From Octopus vulgaris (lineage: Eukaryota), in contig OX597832.1 in the NCBI GenBank assembly GCA_951406725.2, positions 61,442,001 to 61,506,000 on the forward strand: a stretch of DNA of 64,000 nt, read 5' to 3'. The translations under genes were made by a program, and so were the position numbers. Under the pieces are notes generated by a model. That model had not been told where the DNA came from, made no database searches, and saw nothing but the letters and a program-made list of their open reading frames with translations. Every line of letters starts with the position of its first letter. Position 1 is the stretch's first letter. Positions 1-12,479 of the stretch are shown here, piece by piece.

Positions 1-90
1 GCTCATCAGTGTCATCGTCATAGCAAAATATAATTTGCAGAACTATACACGGGACGTCCACTTGGTGGCCATCCCTCTTACATGTGTATA
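1..90. mobile_element. PLE pLTR fragment at window edge with an inversion junction
   Basis: The reverse complement of 1-50 (tatagttctgcaaattatattt...cactgatgagc) matches 31415-31460 and ends in a CTGATGAG core. 55-88 (gtccac..gtggccatccctct) matches 31110-31143 on the + strand. Confidence 0.55.
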
Positions 91-247
91 TATATAAGAT
101 GTATAAGATATTTTTATACACAGAGAGCAGATCTTTGACAGGACTCCTTACATGCTAGAAAGGGAAGTTAAAACCCAAATCTCAAATAAAAAAGAGTTCA
201 TGAGGCACGTTGTTATAACGCCAGAACGAACAAAAAATGAATAACTT

Positions 248-319
248 AATCCCAAAATCGAGTTTCTCTATTAATTACCATATAAACTAATTTGGAATCT
301 GTAGATCGTCAGCGAGATC
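248..319 (-). ncRNA. Minimal type I hammerhead ribozyme (PLE-type), near-intact
   Basis: Minus strand reads gatctcg-CTGACGA-tcta...taga-GAAAC-tcga-TTT-tgggatt. Stem I is 7 bp (with G-U pairs), stem II base is 4 bp, and stem III is near-palindromic (ACTCGA[G>T]T). Confidence 0.65.
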
Positions 320-415
320 CCTAATTAATGAATAATTTAGTAGTTGCAAAAATGTGCCAAAAACGCGTGAGCAAAACAACTACATCTACGATAGTAATTT
401 TATATGTATATATAT

Positions 416-416
416 G

Positions 417-498
<82 letters not shown>

Positions 499-543
499 CA
501 TCCATCCACCCATCCATCCATCCATCCATCCATCCATCCATCC

Positions 544-601
<58 letters not shown>

Positions 602-602
602 A
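416..602. repeat. Compound (TATC)n/(TCCA)n microsatellite
   Basis: Read directly. It produces the SIYL/SIHP pseudo-ORFs. Confidence 0.95.
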
Positions 603-1062
603 TATACACATATATATACACATATATATACAGAGAAAGAGAGAGAAGAGAGTGAGTGTTTGAGAGTTTGTGTTGAATTTCAGTCATCTTCAATGAAGAT
701 AATGTAACTCTGTAACTCCAAATAGAAAAGATACTTTACATATGAAGTATATTCAGGCAATATCATCGATATCTTTCTCTGCTTCCGACTCTGTCTGTCA
801 GATAATAAGACGTAAACGTTCTCTCTTGTACACCTTCACTCTGGCTCTGACATACAGACAAAACATAGTCTGGTTTACTCTCCATCTCCTTCCCACATAC
901 ACGTGCAGGACTTCTCTTAAAATGTCCTTCTGTCACCAGTTGTCAGATTCATTACAGTCAGTTGATGTCTCAAGTTCAGTGTGGCGTCTTATAGAGACAC
1001 ACATATGCAGTCTGGCGTCCGATCTTTTGCTTACGTACCACGTACACCCACACACATACATA

Positions 1063-1136
<74 letters not shown>

Positions 1137-1178
1137 AGTATATGAAAGAATGGAGTTGAACGACTAGTTAACAAATAT

Positions 1179-1273
1179 CCTTTATTCTCGACATATGTTT
1201 CGAAGGCTGCATATTCCTAATTCCGAAGGAGTAAGGAGTACATTATGCAGATTTCTCATCAGGAAAATCAAGG
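1179..1273 (-). ncRNA. Type I hammerhead ribozyme (inverted copy)
   Basis: Minus strand reads ccttgattttc-CTGATGA-G...C-GAAAC-atat-GTC-gagaataaagg. Stem III ACATATGT is a perfect palindrome. Confidence 0.85.
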
Positions 1274-1446
1274 AACTTATGTCGACATCAAAATGCACAA
1301 AAAACTTTTAGCTGACCGCTTTCTCATCAGGAAAATCAAGGAACTCATGTCGACATCAAAATGCACAAAAAACTTTTAGTTGACCGCTCTCTCCTTGAGA
1401 GCGGTCAACTAAAAGTTTTTTGTGCATTTTGATGTCGACATAAGTT

Positions 1447-1541
1447 CCTTGATTTTCCTGATGAGAAATCTGCATAATGTACTCCTTACTCCTTCGGAAT
1501 TAGGAATATGCAGCCTTCGAAACACATGTCGAGAATAAAGG
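1447..1541 (+). ncRNA. Type I hammerhead ribozyme, predicted cleavage after C1530
   Basis: CTGATGA at 1458-1464; stem II gaa/ttc plus ctgcata/tatgcag; GAAAC at 1519-1523; GTC at 1528-1530; stem I ccttgattttc/gagaataaagg with 10 of 11 pairs. Confidence 0.85.
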
Positions 1542-1739
1542 ATATTTGTTAACTAGTCGTTCAACTCCATTCTTTCATATACTTATAATTTTACAATAAA
1601 CATACAAATTTCCGCACGAAGACACGTAGTCTATGCCCTAGGAACGTAGCTTCAACCGTGTTCTTTCTGAGGTGAATTTGCTACCTAGGTATCGGTTATC
1701 TTTCGAATTATCCTTAATAAGATAATTCATTCAACTACT

Positions 1740-1799
<60 letters not shown>

Positions 1800-1832
1800 C
1801 AGATGATAGATAGATAAATAGATAAATAGATA

Positions 1833-2072
1833 ACTTTCTTTATTGGCCACACAGAGCTAGACACAGAGGGGACAATTACAATGTAGAGTCTTTCTTTTCG
1901 AGTGCGGCGAAACAAAAGGGGGGACAACGATCAAAAGAGATCGAAATCGCTGGAGATATATGCAAAAACAAGTCAAAAAGGTACAAAATGTTCCCAAGAA
2001 ATGGGGAGGTTTATCTGTGGAAAGAAAAACCAACGAAAAGACCACAGTAACCTCGGGCAATAATGTCACTTA
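1833..2072 (-). mobile_element. 3' UTR of Tx1-like LINE abutting (GATA)n
   Basis: The reverse complement ends ...ctgtgtggccaataaagaaag followed by TATC repeats, matching the 3' ends at 57520-57540 and 59155-59175. Confidence 0.7.
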
Positions 2073-2330
2073 TTAACATTTTCATTTACAAATAAGTAAC
2101 TCTCTGTTAGATAGATAGATGGATAGATAGACAGTTAAATACACACACACATACACACTTCCGCACAAATGGGCAGTCACTTACTGGATGAAAGGCCCTC
2201 TCATCAGCATCCTTTCTTTGTAGACATCATCAGACGTTCAGGAGACACCATCGAATCATTTCAGCGAAGTCGATACTTTAAGATGAATGTCATTTAACTG
2301 ATAACTGACCAACTTCACTGCGTCTGGGCT

Positions 2331-2496
<166 letters not shown>

Positions 2497-2546
2497 GTGT
2501 CTGTCTGTCTCTCTGTCTGTCTGTATGTTTCTCTCTCTCTATATAT

Positions 2547-2606
<60 letters not shown>

Positions 2607-2607
<1 letters not shown>

Positions 2608-2780
2608 GGGAGATTTTACGAAAAAAACAAAAGACGAAGACAGGTGGTATACAAAGCAAAGAGATGTATTAGTATAACGCTCAGGAATAGAAAAAGTATT
2701 TTACGTTTCGAGCCTACGCTCTTCTACCGAAAGGGACACAGAAAAAACAAGGACAGAAACAAGGAGAGAAAGAAAAATAT
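2607..2780 (-). mobile_element. Hammerhead-bearing short element, family A
   Basis: Matches 4103-4284, 30734-30945, 45903-46090 and 46555-46742. Motif ttt-CGGTAGA-A-GAGC-gtag-GCTC-GAAAC-GTA-aaa at 2698-2733 (-). Confidence 0.75.
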
Positions 2781-2839
2781 ATGTATGTGTGTATGTATGT
2801 ATGTGTGTATGTATGCATGTATGTGTGTATGTATGTATG

Positions 2840-2935
2840 TTGTTATTCATTTTTATTTCAAGATTTCATGCCAATAAAGTACCGGTTTCTAACCTAGATC
2901 TAAGGCTTCTTCATTGGAATTTCAACATCAACATT
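2840..2935 (-). mobile_element. Short PLE-like fragment with a non-canonical hammerhead-like motif
   Basis: Minus strand at 2878-2918 reads ATGAAGA-agcct...aggtt-a-GAAAC-cg-GTA. Confidence 0.4.
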
Positions 2936-3089
2936 GTTTGTATGTATGCATGTATGTAGGTATGTGTGTAAGTATGTATGCATGGATATATGTATGTGTA
3001 AATATGCATGTATGCATGTAAGCATGTATGTATGTGTATATATGTATGTATGCATGTATGTATGTGTATTTATGTATGTATGTATGTAG

Positions 3090-3330
3090 TGAATCCAAAC
3101 AAAGAAGAACAAACAAGAAAAAAAGAACACGCTCATGAAAGGGAAGGAAAGAGGATTTAACGTTTGGAGCCTTGCCCTTGTTCAGAAACAGAGAAAAGAT
3201 CAAAGGAAGGGAAGACAGAGGACGAAAATCGCCAACTATTCACAAATGGTTATATTTTGAAATGACCGGAAGTGAATGGCTGAAGAAAAAGTTCTTTCTA
3301 AGACAGGAGAGCGCAAGAGAAGGAGGTATG
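3090..3330 (-). mobile_element. Hammerhead-bearing element, family B (degenerate core)
   Basis: The reverse complement aligns to 60905-61110. Core CTGAACA-A-GGGC-aag-GCTC-CAAAC-GTT at 3155-3188 has two core mutations. Confidence 0.65.
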
Positions 3331-3699
3331 TGTGTGCGCGCAGGTCTGTATGTATATGTGTAATAATAGTACGTGTGCGTATATGTGTGTGTGTGGTTTT
3401 GGCTGTTTATATGTGTGGACTTGTGTCGCTTGCCTGTATGTATACTTGTATGTTCGTATGTATGCATGTATGCATGTATTTATGCATGTATGGATACCCC
3501 TTCTACTTGTCTTACTCAATGGCATGGGTGCGGCCATGCAGGGGCACGTCTTGAAGACTCTAGTCGGACGAATCGATACAAGTACATATTTTTTTAAGTG
3601 TAGTTTATATTCCAACGAACTCCATTACGGCGACATAACCAACACCGGTTCTCAAACGGCGGATGGCGTAGAGACTAGGAAGCAAAGCCACACATTTAA

Positions 3700-4035
3700 C
3701 AGAGTAATATGTACAGGTAAGTTCCTAGGATCAAAATGTAGGAAGTTAGAAAGCTTCGAGTAGTACATAGAAGGTATAAAAAAACAACTGCCAGGAACAA
3801 TAGTGGTTTATTGACGTATAATGTAAATTTTCCCCATATCCAAGTTTGATAAGCTGAAGAAAGTTAATTTCTAGTTTACGGTTAGAAGCTGGGCTTGGTG
3901 TGTACGCGTACTAAAATCTAAACTTGGGGAATGGAGCAGAGAAAGTCCAGGTTACATATGTTTCACAGCTAGCAGAACCTCGGAAGTATTAGATACTCAA
4001 ATGAGGGGCAAGCCGCTAGCTACTCGACGGGCTAT
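3700..4035 (-). mobile_element. PLE pLTR remnant with degenerate hammerhead (3947-4032)
   Basis: Minus strand reads CCGTCGA-G-tagctagc...gctagctg-t-GAAAC-atat-GTA, with an 8-bp stem II base and a palindromic stem III. Stem I is lost at the TA junction. Confidence 0.5.
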
Positions 4036-4070
4036 CTATATATATACATACATACAAACATACATATGTT

Positions 4071-4102
<32 letters not shown>

Positions 4103-4284
4103 GGAAGAGTTTACGAAAAAGCAAAAGACGAAGACAGGCGGTGAACAAAACAAACAGATGTATTAGTATAACGCTCAGGAATAGAAAAATCGTTTACGTT
4201 TCGAGCCTACGCTCTTCTACAGAAAGGGACACAGAAAAAAACAAGGAGAGAAAAAAATGTGTGTAGTGGCTAACGATCTATCAT
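4103..4284 (-). mobile_element. Hammerhead-bearing short element, family A, inside (TA)n
   Basis: ~182 bp with TA tracts on both sides. Core CTGTAGA-A-GAGC-gtag-GCTC-GAAAC-GTA at 4192-4226. Confidence 0.8.
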
Positions 4285-4289
4285 ATATA

Positions 4290-4530
4290 TATATATATAT
4301 ATATATATGAATGTTCAGTTTATAGGAAAAACCCAGAGGAAAAATTACAAGGTAGCCAGATGGCACGTAAGCGTCCTCGGAATTAGAGATCTCACTTGCG
4401 TGGGAGTTAATTCCAGGAAGAAGCGAGACGTATTTTAGGGAAACATAAGAATAATGGAAAATGAAGACAAATGCTCAAGATGTTATATCACCATACTACT
4501 GACGTATGTTTCGATAGATGCATTAAAATA
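4290..4530 (-). mobile_element. PLE pLTR fragment retaining only the 3' half of a hammerhead
   Basis: Minus strand reads cGAAAC-atac-GTC-agtag at ~4496-4513, next to a TA tract. Confidence 0.4.
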
Positions 4531-4594
4531 TATGTATATATTCATATATTCAATGTATATATATATATCCTTTATTCTTTTCTTTTCTTCTTTT

Positions 4595-4790
4595 ATTTGT
4601 TTCAATCATTTGACTGCGGCTATGCTGGAACACCGCCTTTAGTCGAGGAAATCGACCCCAGGACTTATTCTTTGTAAGCCTAGTACTTATTCTATCGGTC
4701 TGTCGGGCCGAACAGCTAGGTGATAGGAACGTATACACACCATCATCGATTGTGAAGCGATGTTGGAGGGGTCAAACACAGACACACAAA
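4595..4790 (-). mobile_element. SINE family 1, 3' half
   Basis: catttgactgcggctatgctgga...gacttattctttgtaagcctagtacttattctatcggt matches the reverse complement of 30250-30420. Confidence 0.85.
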
Positions 4791-4940
4791 CACACACACA
4801 CACACACGGCCTTCTTTTTTCTGTTGAGGTTTTATATGCCCCTTTATTAGACTATTTTCCTTTAAGCTTATATAAAAATACCATTATTATTATTTACAAG
4901 AAACATGTTCCATGAATTAGTCTTATACACACACACACAC

Positions 4941-4990
<50 letters not shown>

Positions 4991-5668
4991 TTATGAACGT
5001 TATATATATTTACACATGTGATTATGTATAGTTACTCTTTTCTGGATGAGTATATACATACATGTATATATACATATTAGAAAAAAAAAGCAAGTTACAA
5101 TACTTTGAACATCGGTAATGAAGATTTATTTTATAGTTTTCTTCCTCTTGTCTTACTCATTCGTTTCTTATTGTAGGGAACAGGTTGAAGTCGTCTTCTA
5201 TTTTACGCTCGTCTAAGGACCATTTAAGAACTGTTTTTTTCTTCAAATTTTAATGTCATCCTCAGAGCTCCCCCACCGTCCCTCTGAATTGCTTTTAAAA
5301 TATTTTTGTCGTTTCTTTTTCATTTCCAAACTGACTTTTTTTAATTGTTTGTTACTTTCTTTTCTTCTTAATGGTGATATTGTTTCTGGCGATAGCAGTG
5401 GCGGTGGTGGGGGATGTCGGTAATGGTGGTCATGATAGCTGTGACACGAGTGGTGGAAGACACTTGTTTGTATAAATATAGCGTGCTTGCCCTTCTTACA
5501 CGATGTACGTCATATGTCGTATATATATATATGTGTTTGTATGTGTATGCATGCATGTTTGTTGGTGTTTACACACACACACATATATGTATGTATATAT
5601 GTATGTATATATATGTATATAGATGTAAATATATATATATATATATATGTATATATATGTATGTATAT

Positions 5669-5707
<39 letters not shown>

Positions 5708-6133
5708 CATATATATACTTCTATGAATGTATGTATATGGCCTCTATTTCTCTGATTGCCGATTTCATCTATGTAAAGTCAGACGCACACTGTACAATAC
5801 CGACAATACATATATACATACACAGATGCATACATACATACATACATACATACACACACACACACGTACACACATATATATATGTGTGTGTGTATGTATA
5901 TGTGCATGTGTGTATATATAAATGTGCGTGTATGTATATATTTATTTACACACACATATATACACACACATATATACATACTGCTTTCATTTATAACGTT
6001 AAATTTCACAGCTAATGAAGCAATGCTAAGAAGTAATATTGCTTTGGTCTTTTCTTACCGACACACACACATACACACGCACACACACATACATACATAC
6101 ATACATACATACATACATACATACATACATACA

Positions 6134-6165
<32 letters not shown>

Positions 6166-6226
6166 CACTCATACACATACATACACATATTCATAGATAC
6201 ATGCATACACCATCAGAGACACACAC

Positions 6227-6270
<44 letters not shown>

Positions 6271-6339
6271 TATTCTATTGATGTGTACTGTTATTGAATT
6301 CTTTCTTTTCATATGTCTGTGGGTATAAGGACGGCACCA

Positions 6340-6456
6340 ACTGTTGATGTCTTGACGTTGTTGTTGTCGTTGTTGTTGTTGCTTCTAGATGTTGCTATTG
6401 ATGTAAGTTTATCAATTACGTTTTTAAATACGCTTCGTATACTTTTTATGTTTTGG

Positions 6457-6499
<43 letters not shown>

Positions 6500-6504
6500 T
6501 ATCA

Positions 6505-6546
<42 letters not shown>

Positions 6547-6630
6547 GTAGTAGTAGTAGTAGTGGTAGTAGTAGTGGTTGTCGTAGTCGTGGCGACGGTA
6601 GCGGTAGATGTTGTTGTTGTGGTTGTTGTA
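6340..6630. repeat. Compound trinucleotide tract (TTG)(TCA)(TTA)(TAG)
   Basis: Read directly. It explains the poly-S/L/V pseudo-ORFs. Confidence 0.9.
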
Positions 6631-6742
6631 GGAGCAGTACAGTTGGTGCTTACATTTTTTTCCTTAGTTTGTAGTGTTTGTTATTGTTATATTATAATAT
6701 TATTGAAGTTCTAAAGGACAGACACACACTCACACACACACC

Positions 6743-6804
<62 letters not shown>

Positions 6805-6903
6805 CCTAAATAATCTTTACGCATCCTACCACAAACACACGCATGTGTACAGATATGCCTTACATAAATGTGTGGGTTCAACGATATACATATATATGCA
6901 GCG

Positions 6904-7061
<158 letters not shown>

Positions 7062-7174
7062 AATGTATCTATGTCTGCCTGTCTGTCTGGTTTTTCTCTC
7101 TGTCTGTCTGTTAGTCTGTCTATCTATCTATTTATCTTTCTCCCGTTTTTCCTTCCTTTCTTTCTTTCTTTCTT

Positions 7175-7246
<72 letters not shown>

Positions 7247-7531
7247 ATACATTTACATGTATATACAACATATATACAACACACACATACACACATATGT
7301 ATTAATAAATATATATATGTGTGTGTGTGTGTGTACGTAAATATATACACATATACATATAAGGATATACAGATAAATGCATGCACACACAAATATGTGT
7401 ACGTGTGTATGGACGCGTATGAATGTCCGCCTGTGTGTGTGCGTGTGCTTGTGTGTGTAAGTGTGTTTGTCTGTATGTGTGTGTGTGAGTGTGCGTGTGT
7501 GTGAGGTGTACGTGCGTGTGCGTGTGTGTTC

Positions 7532-7562
<31 letters not shown>

Positions 7563-7963
7563 CAATAAGTATCAGTAATAAACTCGAGATGAAAGAGAAC
7601 CATTTAACCCTTATCTTTCCTCCATTCAATAACAGAAACAAATGGTTTTCATTAATGTTTCGCTCTACAACTAAACATTTCTTCACTTTGACTTCAATTT
7701 CCTTTCCACACCTTCCTTCCTTTCATTCAATCTCTCTTTTTCTTTCTTTTATTTTTCTTTTGAATACTGCTGTTGTTGTTGTTGTTGTTATTTCTTGTCT
7801 TTTCTTCGTTCTTTTTAAGAACATTTTACAAATTTGTGTCTTCCCTTGTTTGATCGTTTCTCTCTGTTTTTTTCCTTTTTTTCTGTTTTTCCATTTATTT
7901 CATCAAAACTATTATCATTAATAGAAACCGTTATTATTATTATTATTATTATTATTATAATTA

Positions 7964-8009
<46 letters not shown>

Positions 8010-8293
8010 CATTATTATTATTATTATTGTTGTTGTTGTTGTTGTTGTTGTCGACCCCCCCTATCACCTTTCCTGCCAGTATCTCAACAGATGTATATCA
8101 CTTCTGTGCCAGTGTAAAAGATCGTTTTAACTCCGACAGATTATACATACGTACATGCAAACATACATATAAATATACATACATACATACACGCATACAC
8201 AGATACATGCATACATACATACGCATACATACATGCGTGTATATGTATATGTATATATACGCATATGTGTATATATATATAAGTACATACATC

Positions 8294-8328
<35 letters not shown>

Positions 8329-8370
8329 ACATAAATATATATATATTTATATATGTATACACTCATACAA

Positions 8371-8408
<38 letters not shown>

Positions 8409-8855
8409 GGCATGTATATATAACATATATATGTATATACATACATGAATGTATATATATACATATACAGTTATAACTTAAATATAATACATATAACATA
8501 TAAGTATGCATATACACACATACAAACAGAAATACAACATGATACATGCATGCACAGGCACACACTCACATGCACACACATACACACACACACACACACA
8601 AAACACACACACACACACACACAAACATCATATTTTCTACAGCGAGGCGTTCAAATTTGCCATTACAGAAAATGGACGAAATGGCAAATATCCTTCGCGC
8701 TTTATCGTGAATTCTTTCGGTATTTAAGTTCAGCCTTTTCTCAGTTCCAAGTTTAGAAATGACATCAGTCATGGATTATGTTCTCCTTCGGGGAATAAGC
8801 CAATCGGAACCAATTCTCTGCTTCTTTTGGAAATGCATCTGGCACATGGACTATA

Positions 8856-9046
8856 ATCCAGGTAAAAAAAATGTCACAAGAAAAAACGCCACGATAATAA
8901 AGTCACAGGAAAAAATGTCAGAGGGTTTCGGAGTGGAGTTTTATCCAGGGAGTTTTCTCCTAGGGGGGTTGTCCGGATCCCATAAATTGTGAATTTTTTT
9001 CCTGTAAATTTTCTTCCTAACCAAAATTGTGATTTTATTACCGGTC
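8856..9046. mobile_element. Putative MITE with repeated subterminal motifs
   Basis: Left end has ccaggtaaaaaaaatgtcaca and repeated aaa(t)gtcaca. Right end has inverted tgtga(a)tttt units and ends ttattaccgg. Confidence 0.4.
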
Positions 9047-9157
9047 ACTATGGAGTATAATACTAATTATTGGATAAGGTTTGAAAAACCTTTTGTTGAA
9101 TTACGGGAGGGTCATTATGCCAATAATAATCACATACTCTGATCCAGTTTCACTTCT

Positions 9158-9305
9158 ACATTCTGAGTTTAAATATCGCCGTGGTCGACGTTGCCTTTCA
9201 TCCTTTACGGGGTCGATAAAATAAGTACCAGTTAAACACTAGTATCCATGTGATCAACTTAACTCCTTCCTCGGAATTGATAGCTTTGTGCCAAAATTTT
9301 AAACC
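9158..9305 (+). mobile_element. SINE family 2, partial
   Basis: ttctgagtttaaat...gtcgac.ttgcctttcatcctt.cggggtcgataaaataagtaccag matches 49518-49735. Confidence 0.8.
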
Positions 9306-9326
9306 ATTATTGTTATTATTATTATC

Positions 9327-10520
9327 ATTCAGTAGTCTTATTTTTATCACGTGTTTTCACTGCATTACCGAGCGCAGCTCTGTGTAACTTGGGTACGTGC
9401 TGTGGTTTATTGTTGGTCCTCTTATTGTTATTGTATTGAAAGTGTTTTACGTAGGATGTGTGCGGTGCCTAGTAATACTATTTTCTGTATATTATATATT
9501 TTTGTTAGTCCTGGTGTTTTTGTTATGTACTTGTCTGAATATATTTTTGTCATACGTAATGCGCCTATTATAATAGAAACTGTTTCTGCTTTAGGTTCCA
9601 CATTCGAGTTATCTTTGTATTTTGAAAGTTACTCCATTACTTTTAGAGAAACATTGTCATCGTTTGGTATTGATACATCAATTAGAAAGCAATTTTCTTG
9701 ATGATCTCGGACAGCTATATCTGGCCTATTGGCCTTAATTTCTCTATCTGTGTGTATTGGCATATCCCATTGTATGGTTGCTTTCTCATTTTTTTGTGAT
9801 CTTTTCTGGTGTGTGCCTATACCATCTGTTTTCTGTTGTTATTCCATAGTCTTGGCATAGATTCCAGTGTATGTAGATCCCAACTCTGTCGTATCTGTGA
9901 ATATATTCCTTCTTAGCAAGGACTAGACAGCCAGACAATATGATTTATTGCTTCTTGTCCCACCCCATATATTGTATTTCTTTTCATTAAATGGTTTTGG
10001 TAATTTCTGGTGGAGAGGCTTTGGTCTTGTGCTGCAATTAAAAATCCTTTATTCTCTGCTTTGAGTCCTGAGCTTCTCGGCCCTTGTTGGGATTTTGCTT
10101 TGTGTATTTCTTTTGCGTTTAGTTTAACCCAGTATTTGCCATAAAGGGGCTTTGCTTGCCACAGTGTTATCACGATCCGTTGCTCTTTCGGTTTTAGTTT
10201 GTATTTCAGTTGTTTTACAGCTTTTGTTGTTTCTTCTTTTTCTTCATAGTTGTTAGGTACTATGCCTTCTCTTTTGTATTTGTCAGCTTCCTTAAAGACT
10301 GAAAACAATGTTTTGTTTTGTTAGTGTTTTGCGACTATTTGTATTAGTTATCCTTGCTTCTGAAGTAGGTATTTTTGTAGTCCGAAGGTGTTTTATTTTG
10401 TAATAGTTTTCTAGCTGTAAAAGGCCTGTACCACCTTCTATATGTTGTATATATAACCTATGTCAGATTTGGGTGGTGCATCCTAAATCTTGTAATTATT
10501 TTTCTTGTTTTCCAAGCAGA
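9327..10520 (-). pseudogene. R4/Dong-clade non-LTR retrotransposon, 3' part (RLE endonuclease), decayed
   Basis: Minus-strand translation gives GFLIAAQDQSLSTRNYQ...WDMPIHTDREIKANRPDIAVRDH..CFLIDVSIP.DDNVSLK...IIIGAL...IQKIVLLGTAHILRKTLSIQ*. The 3' UTR runs into (TAA)n; frameshifts are present. Confidence 0.85.
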
Positions 10521-10564
10521 AAAGGAGTGGAGAGAGAGTGTCTTCCTGAGATATTCCTCTTCTA

Positions 10565-10644
<80 letters not shown>

Positions 10645-10867
10645 CATCATTATTATCATTATTATTATTATTATTACTATTTTTTTTCTTCTTTCAAATT
10701 TGCTTCCATTTCTTGCCGAGTGTCTTCCCGACCCCTAGGGCAAAGAAACTCATAGTATACATTGGGTTTCTTTGTCCTAGGGGGTCGGGAAGACACTCGG
10801 CAAGAAATAGAAGCAAATTTGAAAGAAAAAAATAGTAATAATAATAATAATAATGATAATAATGATG

Positions 10868-10898
<31 letters not shown>

Positions 10899-10900
10899 TG

Positions 10901-10974
<74 letters not shown>

Positions 10975-11286
10975 TAGAAGAGGAATATCTCAGGAAGACA
11001 CTCTCTCCACTCCTTTTCTGCTTGGAAAACAAGAAAAATAATTACAAGATTTAGGATGCACCACCCAAATCTGACATAGGTTATATATACAACATATAGA
11101 AGGTGGTACGGGCCTTTTACAGCTAGAAAAACTATTACAAAATAAAAACACCTTCGGACTACAAAAATACCTACTTCAGAAGCAAGGATAACTAATACAA
11201 ATAGTCGCAAAACACTAACAAAACAAAACATTGTTTTCAGTCTTTAAGGAAGCTGACAAATACAAAAGAGAAGTCATAATACCTAA

Positions 11287-11288
<2 letters not shown>
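10251..11288. repeat. ~1-kb near-perfect palindrome (arms ~500 bp, 10-nt loop)
   Basis: 10251-10752 is the reverse complement of 10763-11288, including the internal TTA/TAA tract, with few substitutions or indels. Confidence 0.92.
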
Positions 11289-11335
<47 letters not shown>

Positions 11336-11337
11336 AA

Positions 11338-11530
11338 TCTTCATTATGTATATGGAACAAATAGGGGCAGCAATAAGGGTGTAGCACTTTCAGAAAACAG
11401 CAATGCTTGGAACCGCTCGAAGACTCTGGATAGTGCTCGAAAAATAAGAAGTGTTGCCTTAGTTCACTGGTAGTGCACATCTCGCACCGTAGTACATCTC
11501 CAGCATTAGAAGCTACGCAAAGACAATAAA
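11338..11530 (+). mobile_element. R4/Dong-like 3' end fragment
   Basis: YMEQIGAAIRV*HFQKTAMLGTARRLWIVLEK* plus a short UTR followed by (TAA)n. Homologous to 27470-27560. Confidence 0.7.
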
Positions 11531-11549
11531 TAATAATAATAATAATAAC

Positions 11550-11636
<87 letters not shown>

Positions 11637-11637
11637 G

Positions 11638-12173
<536 letters not shown>

Positions 12174-12460
12174 GAAAGAATTTGGAGCATGCGATCAGTT
12201 AAAGATCATGCCTATGATAATTGGTGCATTGGTAACTATAAGCAAAGATACAGATAAATGGCTGAGGAGATTAGAATAGAATGCCCGGTAGAGCTCCTAC
12301 AGAAGAAAGTTTGTCTCTTAGAGACAGCAAGGACTATCAGGAGGGTCCTAAGCACTTAAAAGCCAGCTGAAAACCTGTGGAAACCTAAGGTTACAGGTAG
12401 TGACCCGTAACCCACATAATTCCTACCAGGAATAAGACGAAATATGAGTCAAACCAAAAT
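12174..12460 (+). mobile_element. R4/Dong-like 3' end fragment between (TAA)n tracts
   Basis: ERIWSMRSV..MPMIIGALVTISKDTDKWL...CLLETARTIRRVLST*. Confidence 0.75.
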
Positions 12461-12479
12461 AATAATAATCATAACAATC

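Larger units (their letters stand above)
1127..1742 (+). mobile_element. PLE pLTR remnant with inverted 5' copy (fold-back), between (TA)n tracts
   Basis: Inverted repeat 1127-1391/1397-1593 with a 5-nt loop (tcctt), a 68-bp tandem stutter in the left arm, a hammerhead in each arm, a unique tail to ~1742 and TA repeats on both sides. Confidence 0.8.

Noticed and set aside
740-1040. Possible ancient RT fragment (also 41290-41480)
   Set aside because: Only faint motif resemblance, interrupted by stops.
2190-2210. CTGATGAG on the minus strand as a hammerhead
   Set aside because: No downstream GAAA or stem III.
8633-8725. Possible exon after ttttctacag, and an atttgccatt/aatggcaaat hairpin
   Set aside because: Weak donor, no recognisable protein, and the stem is too short for a pre-miRNA.
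10690-10830. ADAR-type A>G signature between palindrome arms
   Set aside because: The few mismatches are mixed (A>G, C>T, G>A, indel) and not directional.
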